64,000 bases of DNA from Octopus sinensis (Eukaryota), in NCBI RefSeq assembly GCF_006345805.1, contig NC_043002.1, forward strand, positions 97,588,001 to 97,652,000, given 5' to 3'. Shown in pieces: positions 40,393 to 53,687 of this stretch. The position numbers and the translations under genes were made by a program. Position 1 is the first letter of the stretch, and each line of letters opens with the position of its first letter. The notes under the pieces are model-generated. The model saw nothing but the letters and a program-made list of their open reading frames with translations, ran no database searches and was not told where the DNA came from.

Positions 40393-41782
40393 AGATAGAA
40401 TTTTGATAATGAAATTATGTACGGATCCCAATTGTGAACCATTGTTGGAGAGTGTTGGTAGTTCAGAGGGACAGGAAGGTTATAGAAACTATGAAAGTGA
40501 AGGCTTAACGGGTAATTAGTAAGTCGCTGAAGTTCCTTGGCAAGTGAAGATTTATTGGTCGGTCAGACTGCCCTTGTTGTAAATGCGATCTAAAAACGTG
40601 TGCGTGTGTAAATTCAACGCCTTCCAGTCTAGTTTTATGCTATTTTTTCCCATCCAACAGAGAGTGACTTCAGTTTTCTTGTCGTTCAACTACTAACGTG
40701 ATTTGATGCAGTCATATCCATTACAGAGAAAAATTTAGAACTGAAAATACAACGTACAGGATGTACATGAACATAAAACACGCTGAAAATAATTTTTAAA
40801 ATACATTGTATTAGAACTAAGATCAGACCAAGAAAACTAAACGAAAAAGGAAGAAAGAAGTAACGCGTATTTGTTTATTTTTGTTTTTTGTTTTTTGTTT
40901 TTTGTTTTTTTTCTTATTGTTTTTTGTTTCTTTTTCTTTTTGTTGTTGCTTTTTTTTTTTTCATGATATTGGAAAAATATTCGAAACATAAAATGGAAAT
41001 AAGGCGAAAAATTTATCTGTTGCACCATGACCTTTTCCGATGAGGAGTTTTTCGGGTGTGGTTGGTATACCTTTTTTTTTTTTTTTTGTTTTTACATCAC
41101 ATGAGCTAAATTACATGTATTGATTTATTTTTTTCGTTTTAAATTTCGTTTTTTGTTTTTTTTTAGCTTCAATTATTCAATAGTTTCGTCGGAATGAAGC
41201 GCAGAGTGAACATGAACCTCTGTGACAGTAAATAAGTCTATTTTTGTCCTAAATACCAAGATCAACGTTGCAATTCTTCACATTTATCAGACTGTTCAAT
41301 CTCAGTCTGGCTTCCATCACTAGAAACACTATTTTTATTCTCTTTAACGTGGTTAACTCATTTTTTTTTCTTTTTCTTTTAGGTTTTTATCTTTATTCGG
41401 ATATTACTAGCCTGCGCTTATCAGACTGTCAGTGTGTGTGTGTTCGTTTATGTTTGTATCTGTAAATACACATTTATATTTGAATGTGTATTTTTGTGAG
41501 TTTATGCCTGAATAACCCTCTCGTTCTTCTCTCTCTCTCCTTCTTTCTCCTCTCCCTGTCTCTCTCTCTCTTTCTCTCTCTCCTCCTTTCTCCTCTCCCT
41601 GTCTCTCTCTCTTTCTCTCTCTCCTCCTTTCTCCTCTCCCTGTCTCTCTCTCTCTTTCTCTCTCTCCTCCTTTCTCCTCTCCCTGTCTCTCTCTCTTTCT
41701 CTCTCTCCTCCTTTCTCTTCTCCCTATCTCCCTGTCTCTCTCTCTCTATCTTTCTCTCTCTCTCTTTCTCTTTTTCACTCTA

Positions 41783-42779
41783 TACGAGATGATATCAAAA
41801 GGTTCCTGGACTGGTTATATTTAATAAAAGATAACTTATTTACCCAAATTTTAACATCATCTCTTTCGAAATAGTCACCTTGCGCAGCACTGCACCGGTT
41901 CGGTTCCAGCGTCCCTGCCATTTTTGGAACCCAGGCCTGGGAGTCATTTACCGTAAGTGAGTCGAAGACCTTCTGCGATTCTCTCTTGATCTCGACAACG
42001 GTAACCCCATTTCATTTTGAGGAAGAGGTGGAAATCCACAGGTGCTAAATCTGGCGAAAAGAGCGAGTATGGAAGCGACACCATGATGTTTTTGACGAAA
42101 AACTCACGAGTTTAGGCGCAGGAGTGGCTGTGTAGTAAGTAGCTTGCTAACCAACCACATGGTTCCGGGTTCAGTCCCACTGCGTGGCATCTTGGGCAAG
42201 TGTCTTCCGCTATAGCCCCTGGCCGACCAATGCCTTGTGAGTGGATTTAGTAGACGGAAGATGAAAGAAGCCTGTCGTATATATGTATATATATATATAT
42301 GTGTGTGTGTGTATATGTTTGTGTGTCTGTGTTTATCCCCCCTAGCATTGCTTGACAACCGATGCTGGTGTGTTTACGTCCCCGTCACTTAGCGGTTCGG
42401 TAAAAGAGACCGATAGAATAAGTACTGGGCTTACAAAAAGAATAAGTCCCGGGGTCGATTTGCTCGACTAAAAGGCGGTGCTCCAGCATAGCCGCAGTCA
42501 AATGACTGAAACAAGTGAAGGAGTAAAAGAGTAAAGAGTGAGGAGAACTCAGTTACAGGGTCCATCGTCGTCGTGAAGAATCCAAATTTTTGCGCTCCAC
42601 AGATCCGGTCGCTCTCGTCGAATCTCCTCCTTCGAATGCTTCAAAACATCGTTGATTATCCCCCGACGATCTTCACGCACAAGCTGATGAATTTTCTCCA
42701 CAGTTCCGGTAGGTGGCGCTCGTGGCAGATCTTCTAGATCGCTCATCGTCTTCCAGGAACGTTCTTCCGCTTTTGAAGT
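41783..42779 (-). mobile_element. Rearranged mariner relic interrupted by SINE A
   Basis: TIR-like TACGAGATGATATCAAAAGGTTCC; AQGDYFE end motif, RERPDLW..WILHDD, FKSGRTFLEDDERS. Confidence 0.75.
42114..42540 (+). mobile_element. SINE family A, full length
   Basis: A-box TGGCTGTGTAG, B-box GGTTCAGTCC, tail GAGTAAAAGAG. Confidence 0.93.
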
Positions 42780-43024
42780 TGTCCCAATCGATATAAACGT
42801 ATCTGTCAAGACCTATCAACAACTGAGCGAGTATAAAGATCTTGAAATAGAAATTAGAAAATGGGAACCATGAAACTAAAACAATACATGTTGTCATAGG
42901 TACTCGACAATTCATCATGTCTTGGGAAAATTTCGAACCTGGGTTCTCATTCCTAAGTTATTTATCGATGTTATTATTATTATTATTATTAATTATTATA
43001 TTATATTGTATTATTATTATTATT

Positions 43025-43750
43025 ATTCTATGTTTGACTTTTGCTTTACATTTGTACAAGTTGGCTCCAAGTCTCACCCAGAGACCTCAAGAAACAACAA
43101 GTTAGAAGTCCATGTTGGTGCTATGCCTAGTGTGCCATATATTTGGTTTTGTACATAGTGTTGTTCTAGAGAATGTTTGAGAAACCATAAGAAAATTATG
43201 TGTTTGTTTTAAAATTTGAGATTACCTAGACTGTATTTTGCGTAGGATATGGGCAATTCCAATGAGCACTATCTTTTGAATTCCTGCCATTTTGGGGTAT
43301 CCTGGAATCAGCCCCTTTTGCTATCATTCCCAGCGTACCTATGACAACAGGTATTGTTTTAGTCTTCAGGTTCCACATTTTGCTAATTTCTATTTCAAGA
43401 TCTTTATACTCGCTCAGTTGTTGATAGGTCTTGACAGATACGTTTATATCGATTGGGACAGTCATATCAATGAGGAGACATGACTTTTGTTTCAAGTCTT
43501 TCAATATGATGTCTGGCCTATTTGCATCTATCTTTCTGTCAGTTTAAATGGTGAAGTTCCAGGGCAGTGAGATGTGAACTTTTTCAATTACTGGAAGTGG
43601 TTTGCGTTCCCACCAGTTTTTATCATGGGGCAAGTCCAGGCTTTTGCAAATTACCCAGTGGATATATTGTGAAGCTCTATCATGACTGATAAGGTACTCT
43701 ATGGGCGCAAGAAGACTGCACATGGAGACAACATGATCAATGGTTTCATA
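43025..43750 (-). mobile_element. 3' end of an R4/Dong-like RLE non-LTR retrotransposon ending in (TAA)n
   Basis: ETIDHVVSMC..HD..IHW..WNFTI*TDRKIDANRPDIILKD..LIDMTVP..YKDLEIEISKMW..IPVVIGTLG. Confidence 0.92.
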
Positions 43751-43875
43751 TTAAAGTATTTAACAGCGAATCCAATACACAATGATAGATGTGCCCTGTA
43801 TTAGTTATTAATTCGACCGCCCTAGTCGACGATGACCAAGAACATCACATGGGAGAAGAGAATGGGGTGCAATAT

Positions 43876-44108
43876 GGCGGCGAGCTGGCAGAAACGTTAG
43901 CACGCCGGGTGAAATGCGTAGCCGTATTTCGTCTGTCGTTACGTTCCGAGTTCAAATTCCGCCGAGGTCGACTTTGCCTTTCATTCTCTCGGGGTTGATA
44001 AATTAAGTACCAGTTACGCACAGGGGTCGATATAATCGGCTTAATCCGTTTGTCTGTCCTTGTTTGTCCCCTCTGTGTTTAGCCCCTTGTAGGTAGTAAA
44101 GAAATAAA
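43876..44108 (+). mobile_element. SINE family B, tail type 1
   Basis: Homology to 49133-49363. Confidence 0.92.
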
Positions 44109-44239
44109 TATGCGCGGCTGTGGCCGATCGGCTCTGCTGTAGGTTGGGCACTGGTGTTCTACTGGGACTGAAGGCAAGGAGTTGGTTCCGAACGGCAAAT
44201 AAGCAATTAAGCATCTGCAGATTGGAATGGCACCATGTG

Positions 44240-44445
44240 AAGCAGAACGTCAGCGAGAATCTGGACAGCAAGTTGAGCCAACTCGATGTTGGTGCAAAAA
44301 GAGCAGAAGAGGATTGTGTGGTGTTCAGAGACGTAATGTACAACACTGCACTCACTCATCTGGGCCAGAACACGCGTAAACACCAAGACTGGTTTGACGA
44401 CAACGATCAGGAAATTGAGAAGCTGCTCCGTAAAAGGCATGAAGC
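44240..44445 (+). mobile_element. RTE LINE internal fragment
   Basis: FRDVMYNTALTHLGQNTRKHQDWFDDNDQEIEKLL, typical RTE region between EN and RT. Confidence 0.8.
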
Positions 44446-44611
44446 TCGGTTTCCCACAATGTGGCCTGTAATGCCTGCATGTATATCTTACTCCATGGTT
44501 ACACGTGTCCACTGTGCTAGAGAACAAACATGAACCGAGGGCTAAGCCGCTGCCAGAGAATACACTGCGATTGAAAAACGCTGTAAGCCAGTATTAAAAT
44601 TCAATACAGTA

Positions 44612-44934
44612 CTGGCATTCCGTCGGCTGCGACGATGAGTGTTCCAGTTGACCCGATCAACGGAACAGCCTGCTGGGGAAATTAACGTGCAAGTGGCGGA
44701 GTACTCCACAGACAAGCGTACCCTTAACGTTGTTCTCGGGGAACTTCAGGTGGCACAGAATGTAACTAGGCTGACCCCTTTGAATTGCAGAAACTACTCA
44801 TTTCTGCTGGCTGAGTGGACCGGAGCAACGTGAGATAAAGTGCTTTGCTCAAAGGCACAATGCACAGCCGGGTGTCGAACACATGACTTGACGATCGTGA
44901 CCCAAGAACCCTAACCACTGAGCCACGCGCCTTC
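44612..44934 (-). mobile_element. SINE with family D head and the family C type 1 tail
   Basis: Head GGCGCGTGGCTCAGTGGTTAGGG; tail matches 10150-10280. Confidence 0.8.
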
Positions 44935-45297
44935 ACAGAATCACGTGCTTCCACCAAGCCACGTGCCTTTCTCCGCTATAGACAAGATCAGTTCTATTGC
45001 CGAACAGTCGTAGGAGAATCAAAAGACACGTTTAACCTTTTAACATTCAGATTACTCTGTGAACTGTGAGGTTTGTTTTTACTCTTTTACTTGTTTCTGT
45101 CATGTGACTGCGGCCCTGCTGGAGCACCGCCTTTAGTCGAACAAATCGACTCCAGGACTTATTCTTTATAAGCCTGGTACTTATTCTGTCGCTCTGTTTT
45201 GCCGAATCACTAAGTTACGAGGGTGTAAACACACCAGCATCAGTTGTCAAGCGATGGTGGGAGGACAAACACAGGCACACAAACATATACATATATA

Positions 45298-46169
45298 CGT
45301 GGTATGATCAATAAGTATCCGGACTCTTGCCATAGTAACGAAGCTAAAGCACACAGAGTGAAGTCGCTTGGCATAGATTGACCTTAAAATCTGCTGTGTA
45401 TGCTCACTAAGTTTTAACGGTCTAGCTCACTTCTATTGTTTACAGAAGTGCTAAGAAGGAACGTGTGTAGCGTGTGATCATCGCATTGAACCATGACAGA
45501 GAAAGTTGAGCAGAGAATCAGCACCAAATTTTGCCAAAAGCTTAGCGATATCTGCTCAGAAGCCTACGCAAATTTTTCAAAAGGTTTTCATCGTTTTCGA
45601 CACAATCAAAGATCTTGTGCTACTGAAACCTGGGGGTCTTTTTGGTCAGCTGAAAGCAGTTTTAGCACAAACTTGGCAGACACACGTCTCATGCCCAAAT
45701 CTTCAGTGATAATCGACGGAAATGAATCTGTACATCCTTTGATAACTCATGGATCGTGATTCGATGATTTCCCCTCACAGCTGCACGCATATCTGCGATG
45801 TTTTTCTCAGTTCTACTGGTTGCGGGTCTCCCAGGACGTTCGCCAATATCGACATTTTTTCAGCCAAATTGGAAATGTCTGAACCACTCGTACACATGTG
45901 TGCGGCTCATACACTCCTCTCCATACACTTTCTGCAACTTTGTGTAGGTACCGCCATGACAACTTTCTCTATCATGGCCAATGCGACGATCACACCCTAC
46001 ACACCTACCTTCCAAGCATTGCTGTAAACAGCGAAAGTGAACTAGATCGTTAAAACTTAGTGCGTATGCACTGCAGAGTTCAAGGTCAATCTCTGCTAAG
46101 CAGCTTTACTCTACGTTCTTTAGCTTCGTTACTATGGCAAAAGTCGGGATACTTATTAATGAGACCATG
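45298..46169. mobile_element. Fold-back mariner derivative with ~210-bp inverted ends
   Basis: Both ends carry TIR, 5' UTR and ATGA(C/T)AGAGAAAGTTG start; TA flanks; MTEKVEQRISTKFCQKL. Confidence 0.88.
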
Positions 46170-46173
46170 TATA

Positions 46174-46698
46174 CCCTCCTAGCGTGCGGCATTTATGTGT
46201 AATAATGCCCTCTATATAATATAAATAAATATATTCAAGTGAAAAAATTTACAGATTTTTTTCTCTTATTAGGTTTTTCACGCTAACTACTTTATAATTT
46301 CTTATGAAGATTTTATCCTATTTTTAAATTATAAATTTCACCGGAATAATTCAATACTGAATTTTTATTCCGAATAAGCACGTTGTTACCGAAATGCAAT
46401 TCGAAAAAGACCGCCATTTACATAGATGTATAAGGGGTGAACAGTTCTATATGCTACGGTGGATACGATGGTTGTTCGTCTGGTATGTTGATTTTGTTCA
46501 TTCATTATAAATCTTGAATCGCTGTACTGATGAGTAAGGGACGCAGCCACTGCTTTGATTACGAAATCACTGGTGATCTGCAACTAAATTCTGTTTTTAA
46601 ATGACTTGCATTCAGTACGATATGTTTATTTTGGTAGTTTTGACTTTAAGAGTCCCTCCTAGCGTGCGGAATTTATGTGTAATAATGCCCTCTATATA

Positions 46699-46703
<5 letters not shown>
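46174..46703 (+). mobile_element. Terminally redundant 480-bp non-coding retroelement (retrozyme or Penelope pLTR unit)
   Basis: 50-bp direct repeat 46174-46223 and 46654-46703; contains a hammerhead; sits in (TA)n. Confidence 0.75.
46521..46584 (+). ncRNA. Type I hammerhead ribozyme
   Basis: GCTGTA-CTGATGA-GTAA..TTAC-GAAA-TCA(CTGG)TGA-TC|TGCAAC; predicted cleavage after C46578. Confidence 0.8.
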
Positions 46704-46729
<26 letters not shown>

Positions 46730-46887
46730 ATATTATATATATATATATACGACGGGCTTCTTTCAGGTTCCGTATACCAAATCCACTCACAAGGCTTTGA
46801 TCGGCCCGTGGCTACAGTAGAAGACATTTGCCCAAGGTGCCACGCAGTGGGACTGTGTCCGAAACCATATGGTTGGGAAGCAAGCTT

Positions 46888-47073
46888 CTTATTTCTTTAT
46901 TGCCCACAAGGGGCTAAGCATAGAGGGGACAAACAAGGACAGACAAGCGAATTAAGTCGATTACATCGACCCCAGTGCGTAGCTGGTACTTAATTTATCG
47001 ACCCCGAAAGGATGAAAGGCAAAGTCGACCTCGGCGGAATTTGAACTCAGAACGTAACGGCAGAAGAAATACG
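46888..47073 (-). mobile_element. SINE family B tail 1, 5'-truncated
   Basis: Homology to family B. Confidence 0.88.
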
Positions 47074-48211
47074 GAACGAGCAGGTTGTACCGCAGGTCGG
47101 ATCAACTTGAACACTCATCGTCATAACAGACGGAGTACCAATAAATATGAGGGCAAAGGAAGCTTTTTGATAAGCGAGAGTTATATTCCTGCTTTATGCC
47201 TCGTTGCAAAAGCAATTTAACAAAAACATATTAACTTTAAAACTTGTTTTTACCCTCTGACACGATGACTGTTCAGCAATGATCTTGAAATAACCCATAG
47301 CAACTTTTTAATTTTGAACATCACCGCTCGATGGCCTGTGGATTCAACAACTTGAACGTGAATTGAATTTTGCAATAACAGTTATTGAAGGCTGAGCAGT
47401 GAATTAACTACTTAATCCAGGTCGTACCTGATGTGAATCATGATTGAGTTAAAATATTTATTGGAAAGTTGATATACAAAATCAGAGTTCATCTGTCTTG
47501 TGATGTAGCGTTAAATTGTGATGTTGAAACTTAACATTGCATTCAACTAATACATTTTATTTATTTATTTACTCCGTTCTTCTTGTTTAATTTATTCATT
47601 GAAATGAAACGTTAAAAGGAAAAGTAACAGAAATTACGTGATCGTCGTTTAAATTGATCGTATTCAGTGAAGTTTTCTTCAAACTCCATTTTTTATCTCT
47701 CCTCATACATTTACCATTCTTTACACAGCTAATTCCGCTATTGTTTTTCATTTTCTATCATATCTTTTAAGTTTTTTTTCTTTTTCCTTCTTCAATCGAC
47801 TGACGATATTTTGATGTTTGAAGCGCTTACTTCTACATGCAACCGAGAGTGTTTTCTGAGTAGTCAATTAAAATATAACAGTTGCCTAATGACTAATAGC
47901 TTTGACTCTAATCAAAACAACGACGCAAACTGTATTTCTACTGTATTGTTGTGTTTCTCGACCCACTTTCTCGGCGTTGTCTTATCAATGATACCTGACC
48001 GCTATGGCTAAGATTGCAACAATCATTAACATGTCACACACTTTCCATTATCAGTAATAACAAGAACATTATAACTACTACCATAGCAACAATGAGAATA
48101 TACCCAGCACCATTACTGACGCTGAGCTATTAGCATTGTATAATGCAAAAAGTCTGAACCAAATCAAAAAAAGGTAATTTCAGTGATAATTACCACTTCA
48201 ATCAACAACAT

Positions 48212-48252
<41 letters not shown>

Positions 48253-48324
48253 CTCTCCCTCTCTCTCCCTCTCTCTCTCTCTCTGTCGCTTCTAAAACTA
48301 AACTAGTAGTTTTGTATTCTTTTA

Positions 48325-48450
48325 TTCAGTTATTTGTTTCAGTCATTTGACTGCGGCCATATTGGAGTACCGCCTTTAGTCGAACAAATCCACCAACATC
48401 GGTTGTCAAACGATGGTGGAGGACAAACACATTCGCACACACACACGCAC

Positions 48451-48481
<31 letters not shown>

Positions 48482-48590
48482 TACATACATACATACATAC
48501 ATACATACATACATACATACACACACACATACATACATACATACATACACACACACATACATACATACATACATACACACATACACACAT

Positions 48591-48621
<31 letters not shown>

Positions 48622-48875
48622 TACATACATACACACATACACACATACATACATACATACATACATACACACACACATACACACATACATACATACATAC
48701 ATACATATACACGACGGGCTTTCTTTCAGTTTCCGTCTACCAAATCTATTCAGAAGGCTTTGGTCAGCCCGAGGCTATAGTAGAAGACACTTGCCTAAGG
48801 TGCCACGCAGTGGGACTGAACCCGGAACCATGTGGTTGGTAAGTAAGCCACTTACAACACGGCCAATCCTACGCC
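48325..48875 (-). mobile_element. SINE family A with expanded internal (CATA)n/(CA)n
   Basis: Both halves flank the 48435-48710 microsatellite. Confidence 0.9.
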
Positions 48876-49132
48876 TATATAACTAACTTTATCTAAACCT
48901 GCAAATTCCTGCTCTACTTTTCTTATTTATTACTCTGTTAGACTCCTTAGTAACTCTTTACACTAAACTTTCTTTCTGTTATACATCTACGGAACACTCT
49001 TTCTGTTATACATTCTATTGAATATCCTCACTTTCCGTGATTTTTATGCCTAAAACATCGACAGAAGACGATATTAGACGCCACTACCATTCTATCGTGT
49101 CAAATTAAGTATTATAATTATTCTCTACGTGA

Positions 49133-49363
49133 AGGCGGCGAGCTGGCAGAAACGTTAGCACGCCGGGCGATATGTTTTGCGGTATTTCGTCCGCCGCTAC
49201 GTTCTGAGTTCAAATTCCGCCGAGGTTGACTTCGCCTTTCATCCTTTTGGGGTCGATAAATTAAGTACCAGCTACGCACGGGGTCGATATAACCGACTTA
49301 ATCCGTTTGTCTGTCCTTGTTTGTCCTCTCTGTGTTTAGCCCCTTGTGGGTAGTAAAGAAATA
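49133..49363 (+). mobile_element. SINE family B tail 1
   Basis: 20-bp TSD GTATTATAATTATTCTCTAC at 49109-49128 and 49365-49384. Confidence 0.95.
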
Positions 49364-50150
49364 GGTATTATAATTATTCTCTACAATTTGAACAATACAA
49401 TTTTAACTCTCCTCGGCAAGTCGTCAGTCATTTAGCGCTAGCAAGATAGGCTATTCTATTAATGTCCAACATAGCAAAGTGTCCAATTTTAAGTCAGTGT
49501 CAGCAACAGAGAAATAACCGCATGCAGTGTCAGTTATGTTAAGGTGTGAAGAGTGGAATACATTTTTAATTACTAAGTCAAAAAAATAAACGTAGAGCCT
49601 TCGACACTTATGAAAAGAGGTTATCCTCAGACCCGGAACGCTGCTAGAATACTTACAATAAAGTGAAACTTGCTGGAAGCCCCAGAATTCAATGTGGTTC
49701 TGTTAAACCGAGTGACAGGTGATGTCTAGTAACCAAGAACAAGAACGCTCTTTCTGCAAAGCTTCCACACAGTTCCCGTTTACTGAATTTTAATTCAAAA
49801 AGTTTTCTTAGACTTAATGGTATGGTAGAAAACTCTTGTTCAAAATGCCGCGGTGGGATTGATTTCGAGGCCATATAGTTACAAAACGAATTTCTTAACC
49901 ACTCGACCATATCTGTGGTGAATGATAACGTGTTAGGCTTTTGCGATGGGGCTACTTGAGATAAATCAACATGTCATCCATAGACATAATGGTATTTTCC
50001 TAATGTTATCTGAAATGTCTTTGATTCATGTTCTCAAAATTGGGGTTGCTACTCATACGCTAGTCTCTGACATTTTATGGTTTTGTGTTTTCACTGCGCT
50101 GTGACTGCCGACCAAACATACATAGATGATACTGTCATGATCATCCCCTG

Positions 50151-50350
50151 AGGCGACGAGCTGGTAGAATCGTTAGCACGCCGGGCAAAATGCTTAGCGG
50201 CATTTCATCCGGCTTCACATTCTGAGTTCAAATTCTACCTAGGTCACTTTGCCTTTTATCCTTTTGAGGTCGATTAGGCGCTGGGGCCAATGTAATCAAT
50301 TTCCCCCACTACCCCAAAATTGGTGGCCTTGTGCCAAAATTTAAAGCCAA
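50151..50350 (+). mobile_element. SINE family B tail 2, degenerate
   Basis: Homology to family B. Confidence 0.8.
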
Positions 50351-51113
50351 TATTTTGATGCCCTTATCACCTGACTTTGCTGTCTGTTCATTTATTCAAC
50401 ATCCGATTCTTTATTCATAACATTTCTTTCCAATTTTCTTGTTTTCCAACGTTATTAAAAATTCAAATCGTTCTTCATTAAGTAAAATTAAGATGAATAA
50501 CCATACTTGAGAAAATGTTATGTATAATAAAACCTCCACAACATATTTTGCTTCGTTGAGAGATTTATTACAGTAAGAATGGGAAACTACAATGGTTACC
50601 GCCACCACCACCCCCTACAACACCATCCAAGCAGCTAACCCCCTGCTACCTGAAGTACTCTATAATATCACATACAGTATAATATTACAAGCTTTTCTTC
50701 TTTTATTCATGATTATTTTGTTACAAATTGTGAGTCTTTATACTTTTTGTAAAGCAAGACATTGTCTTCTCTGCGAGGTAGCAGAATAAACTCTGACCTA
50801 ATAACATTTAACTCAGGATCGATATTCGAAACTATGTTTTTCAGTTAACCAAAAACCAGCAAACATCGACTGCGGAAAAGAAAATATGCTATTGCGTAGC
50901 GACAACAATGTTGATACGAACGGTGGCCTCGTCTGAAAGTATTTTCGCTTTTGTTTTGTTTTTACACGAGCATTGAAATTTAATATAACTGACGTATTTA
51001 AACATTATTTAATTAACAAATTGCAATTTGTTAATTAGATAACATTTTCTATAAATACGTGTTTAAAATATTTAAATGTACGATATATATTTTTTTTCAT
51101 TAATTAATATCGA

Positions 51114-51480
51114 GCGGCGAGTTGGCAGAATCTTTAGTACGCCGGACGAAATGCTTTGCGGCATTTCGTCCGTCTTCAGGTTTTGAGTTCAAATTTCGTC
51201 GAGGTCGACTTTGCTTTGCATCCTTTCAGGATCGATACATTAAGTACCAGTTGCGTACTGGGGTCGATCTAATCGACTGGTCCCCTCCCCAAAAATTACG
51301 GGCCTTGTGCCTAGAGTAGAAAAGAACTTCGAACAGCGAGTTGGCAGAAACATTAGCAGGTTTGAGTTCAAATTTCTCCAAGGTTGACTTTGCCTTTCAT
51401 CCTTTCAGAGTCGATAAATTAAGTACCAGTCAAGTACTGGGGTGGAAATTGCTGGCCTTGTGCCAAAATTTGAAATCATT
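51114..51480 (+). mobile_element. Two adjacent SINE B tail-2 copies
   Basis: Heads at 51114 and 51335. Confidence 0.85.
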
Positions 51481-51519
51481 ATTTATTTTATAAATATATA
51501 TGTGTGAGAGAGAGAGAGT

Positions 51520-53687
51520 GGGTGGAGTTCATAAGCTGACCAAGATGCTCCCATGCAATGTGACCAAATTAGGTTTATTTTTCAACAAAGCCTACACACT
51601 TGTGTTAGTGCAGAAGCTTTCATCCTGTTGGTCGTCAAACAAGATGAATTCATCATCACTGTGACATTGCTTCCCAGCCAAGCGTTTATCAATGTTGGGG
51701 ATGGATGATAAACAGATGGGGACAAGTCATGAGATTAGAGAGGGTGGTCATCCAGTTCAAAGCCACAGTCACGCACAGCAGCCATTGAAACCAAGGACTT
51801 GTGTACTGGAGCATTGTCCTGATGAAACAAGAGCTCTTTCGTCAGTTTTCCTGGGTGTTTGGTCTCGATAGCCTTTCGTAACGGCCTCAGCAAGCTGGCA
51901 TAATACTATCCATTGCTAACGTGGCCCTTTTGAAGATAATCAATAAACATAATGCTTTTTGCATCCCAAAAAACTAGGGCCATCACCTATTCCGCAGATG
52001 AAATGACGTTTCCATTCTTTGGAGCAGGTGAGGAGAGGTGTTTCCAATACATGGATTGTCTTTTTGTCTCTGGTTCAAAGTAACGAAGCCAACACAAATC
52101 CTTGTTTAGGAAACGTTAAAGGAAAATGTCTGGATGTGTCTGAAACAGTATCAGATTTTCCCCATGAGTAGGCGTAGGAGAGGCTGTGTGGTAAGTAGCT
52201 TGCTTTCAAACCATATGGTTCCGGGTTCAGTCCCGCTATGTGGCACCTTGGGCAACTGTCTTCTAATATAGCCTCGAGCCAACTAAATCCTTGTGAGTGG
52301 ATTTGGTAGACGGATACTGAAAGACGCCCGTCGTATATATGTATATATATATCCTCTTCTCCCTCCTCCCTCCTCTTTCCTTCTTCCCCTCTTCCCCTCT
52401 CCCCCTCTCTCTCCCCTCTCCTCTCATCTCCTCCCCCTCTCCTCTCTCCTCCTACACTCTCTCTCTCACTCTCCCTTCTCTACACTACACCATACGACAT
52501 TACACATCACATCATACATACACACGTCCAGACCTTTCATATGCACCACATACTCTCTCATACACACACGCACCCTTATGTTGGGGCGAAGTCATTTGAC
52601 CTTGTTATCTCCCCTATTTTTGCTCTTGCGTCTCACGTTTGATCTCTGACTTCTGGCCAGAATCAGATCGCCATGTTCAATCGCTAGCTTCTGCACGCAT
52701 TTTTTCTCTCCTTGTTTCTCTCCGTGTTTCTTTTCTGTATATCTTTCTATTGAAGAGCGTAGGCTCGAAACGTAAAAGACTTGTTTTATTTATATTCCTG
52801 ATCACCATACTAATACAATTGTTTGTTTGTACTCCACCTGCCTTCGTCTTTTGTTTATTTTCATAAAGCTTCCCGTTATATAAATATATATATATGTATG
52901 TGTGTGTATATGTTTGTGTGTCTGAGTCTGCCCCCCCCCCCCCACCACCACCACCAACATCGCTTGACAACCGATGCTGGTGTGTTTACGTCCTCGTAAC
53001 TTAGCGGTTCGGTCAAAAGAGAACGATAGAATAAGTACTAGGCTTACAAAGAATAAGTCATGGGGTCGATTTGCTCGACTAAAGGCGGTGCTCCAGCATG
53101 GCCGCAGTCAAAATGACTGAAACAAGTAAAAGAGTATGATGTGAAGACGTGGCGCGGACCATGTAGAAAGTTTCGTCATGTCAAATTCATAGTGCAGAAT
53201 ATTCTCAACTCTCTCACAGGATATGCTAATAACATTGGCCGTTTGATTTATAGTCAATCACCTGTCATCCATCACCATATGATGAGCACGTTCAATGTTT
53301 TTCTCGGTGGTGGCAATTGCAGGACATCCAGAGCTTAGGTCAACTTCAAGATTTTCTCTTCTTCTCCTAAATCCAGCTGCCCAATTTTGCACTGTTGATA
53401 AAACTGGAGCATCATCGCTTAATGTAGCAACCATGTCAGTATGAATGTCCTTGAAGGGTAAACCGTTTCTCTATAAGCACTTGATAACACCACGAAACCA
53501 ATTTTTGCCCATTTTCAAGAGATGTCGCGACTAGTTAATTCTGAAGTCTTCTCTGAACTGTCAGATGTCTGTTTACCTTGACAGAAACAATGCGGTTTTT
53601 AATAAGAGAAGTTGAAATTAATGCATAAAAAATTTCACACTCCTTAACATCACTCCTTCATAGTCAGCCCATGAACTTTTCAGATTG

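Larger units (their letters stand above)
45080..46890 (-). mobile_element. SINE family A split at its internal microsatellite (45080-45297 and 46745-46890)
   Basis: Tail half and head half are collinear once the two inserts are removed. Confidence 0.8.

Noticed and set aside
46386-46583. Minus-strand ORF with AG/GT ends resembling an exon
   Set aside because: No polypyrimidine tract; lies antisense to the hammerhead unit inside nested repeats
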